IMG/VR virus record: IMGVR_UViG_3300008255_000023
Span: 1 to 45,487 of that record
Length of the DNA: 45,487 nt
Strand: one strand, 5' to 3'
Source of the DNA: a virus
Taxonomy: Duplodnaviria; Caudoviricetes
The notes beneath the pieces are model-generated. The model was not told the DNA's origin, did not search any database, and saw only the letters and a program-made list of their open reading frames with translations. A program made the translations under genes and the position numbers. Positions 45,365-45,487 of the stretch are shown here, one piece after another; positions within the stretch are counted from its first letter, which is position 1; every line of letters begins with the position of its first letter.

Positions 45365-45487
45365 AGCGCATGGAAGACCGTTCGAATTATCTTCGATTCC
45401 TGACCCGTGACAGACCTCACAGGGACCGCCTGAGACGCCCCCAGATTGATTTGTTTCGACCGCCTTAGCACTTACGACGGTAAAACC
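45365..45487. repeat. 123-bp direct terminal repeat (right copy)
   Basis: Identical to 1-123. Confidence 0.95.

Noticed and set aside
1-45487. Alternative genetic code, DGR/retron, introns or inteins
   Set aside because: Genes tile densely with TAA, TAG and TGA all used as stops; I saw no reverse transcriptase, homing endonuclease or intein motifs.

Overview
The window is a complete, circularly closed genome (45,364 bp unique plus a 123-bp overlap) of a GC-rich tailed phage with a contractile tail. A minus-strand gene reads in frame across the junction, which supports closure. Layout: (1) a divergent control/origin-like region at 700-1125; (2) a nucleotide and replication/recombination block (MazG-like, oligoribonuclease, RepB'-type primase/AAA helicase, Sak4-like ATPase, DUF669 SSB-like, two tRNA-like RNAs, Dda-like helicase, NADAR/Cas4-like exonuclease fusion, SF2 helicase, HTH, CsrA-like, RuvC, LexA-type DNA-binding domain); (3) a minus-strand morphogenesis and lysis operon from terS to the lysis genes; (4) small accessory genes behind near-consensus sigma70 promoters, including an adenine methyltransferase and a second CsrA-like gene. 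I found no integrase, DNA polymerase or CRISPR array. The best leads are: a possible phage-encoded Csr/Rsm translational circuit (two CsrA-like genes plus GGA-loop hairpins over the RBS of about 8 non-structural genes); the NADAR-exonuclease fusion; a structured RNA island with tRNA mimics; a three-copy leader element; and three apparent frameshift sites. All family calls come from motifs recognised by eye; no searches were run.
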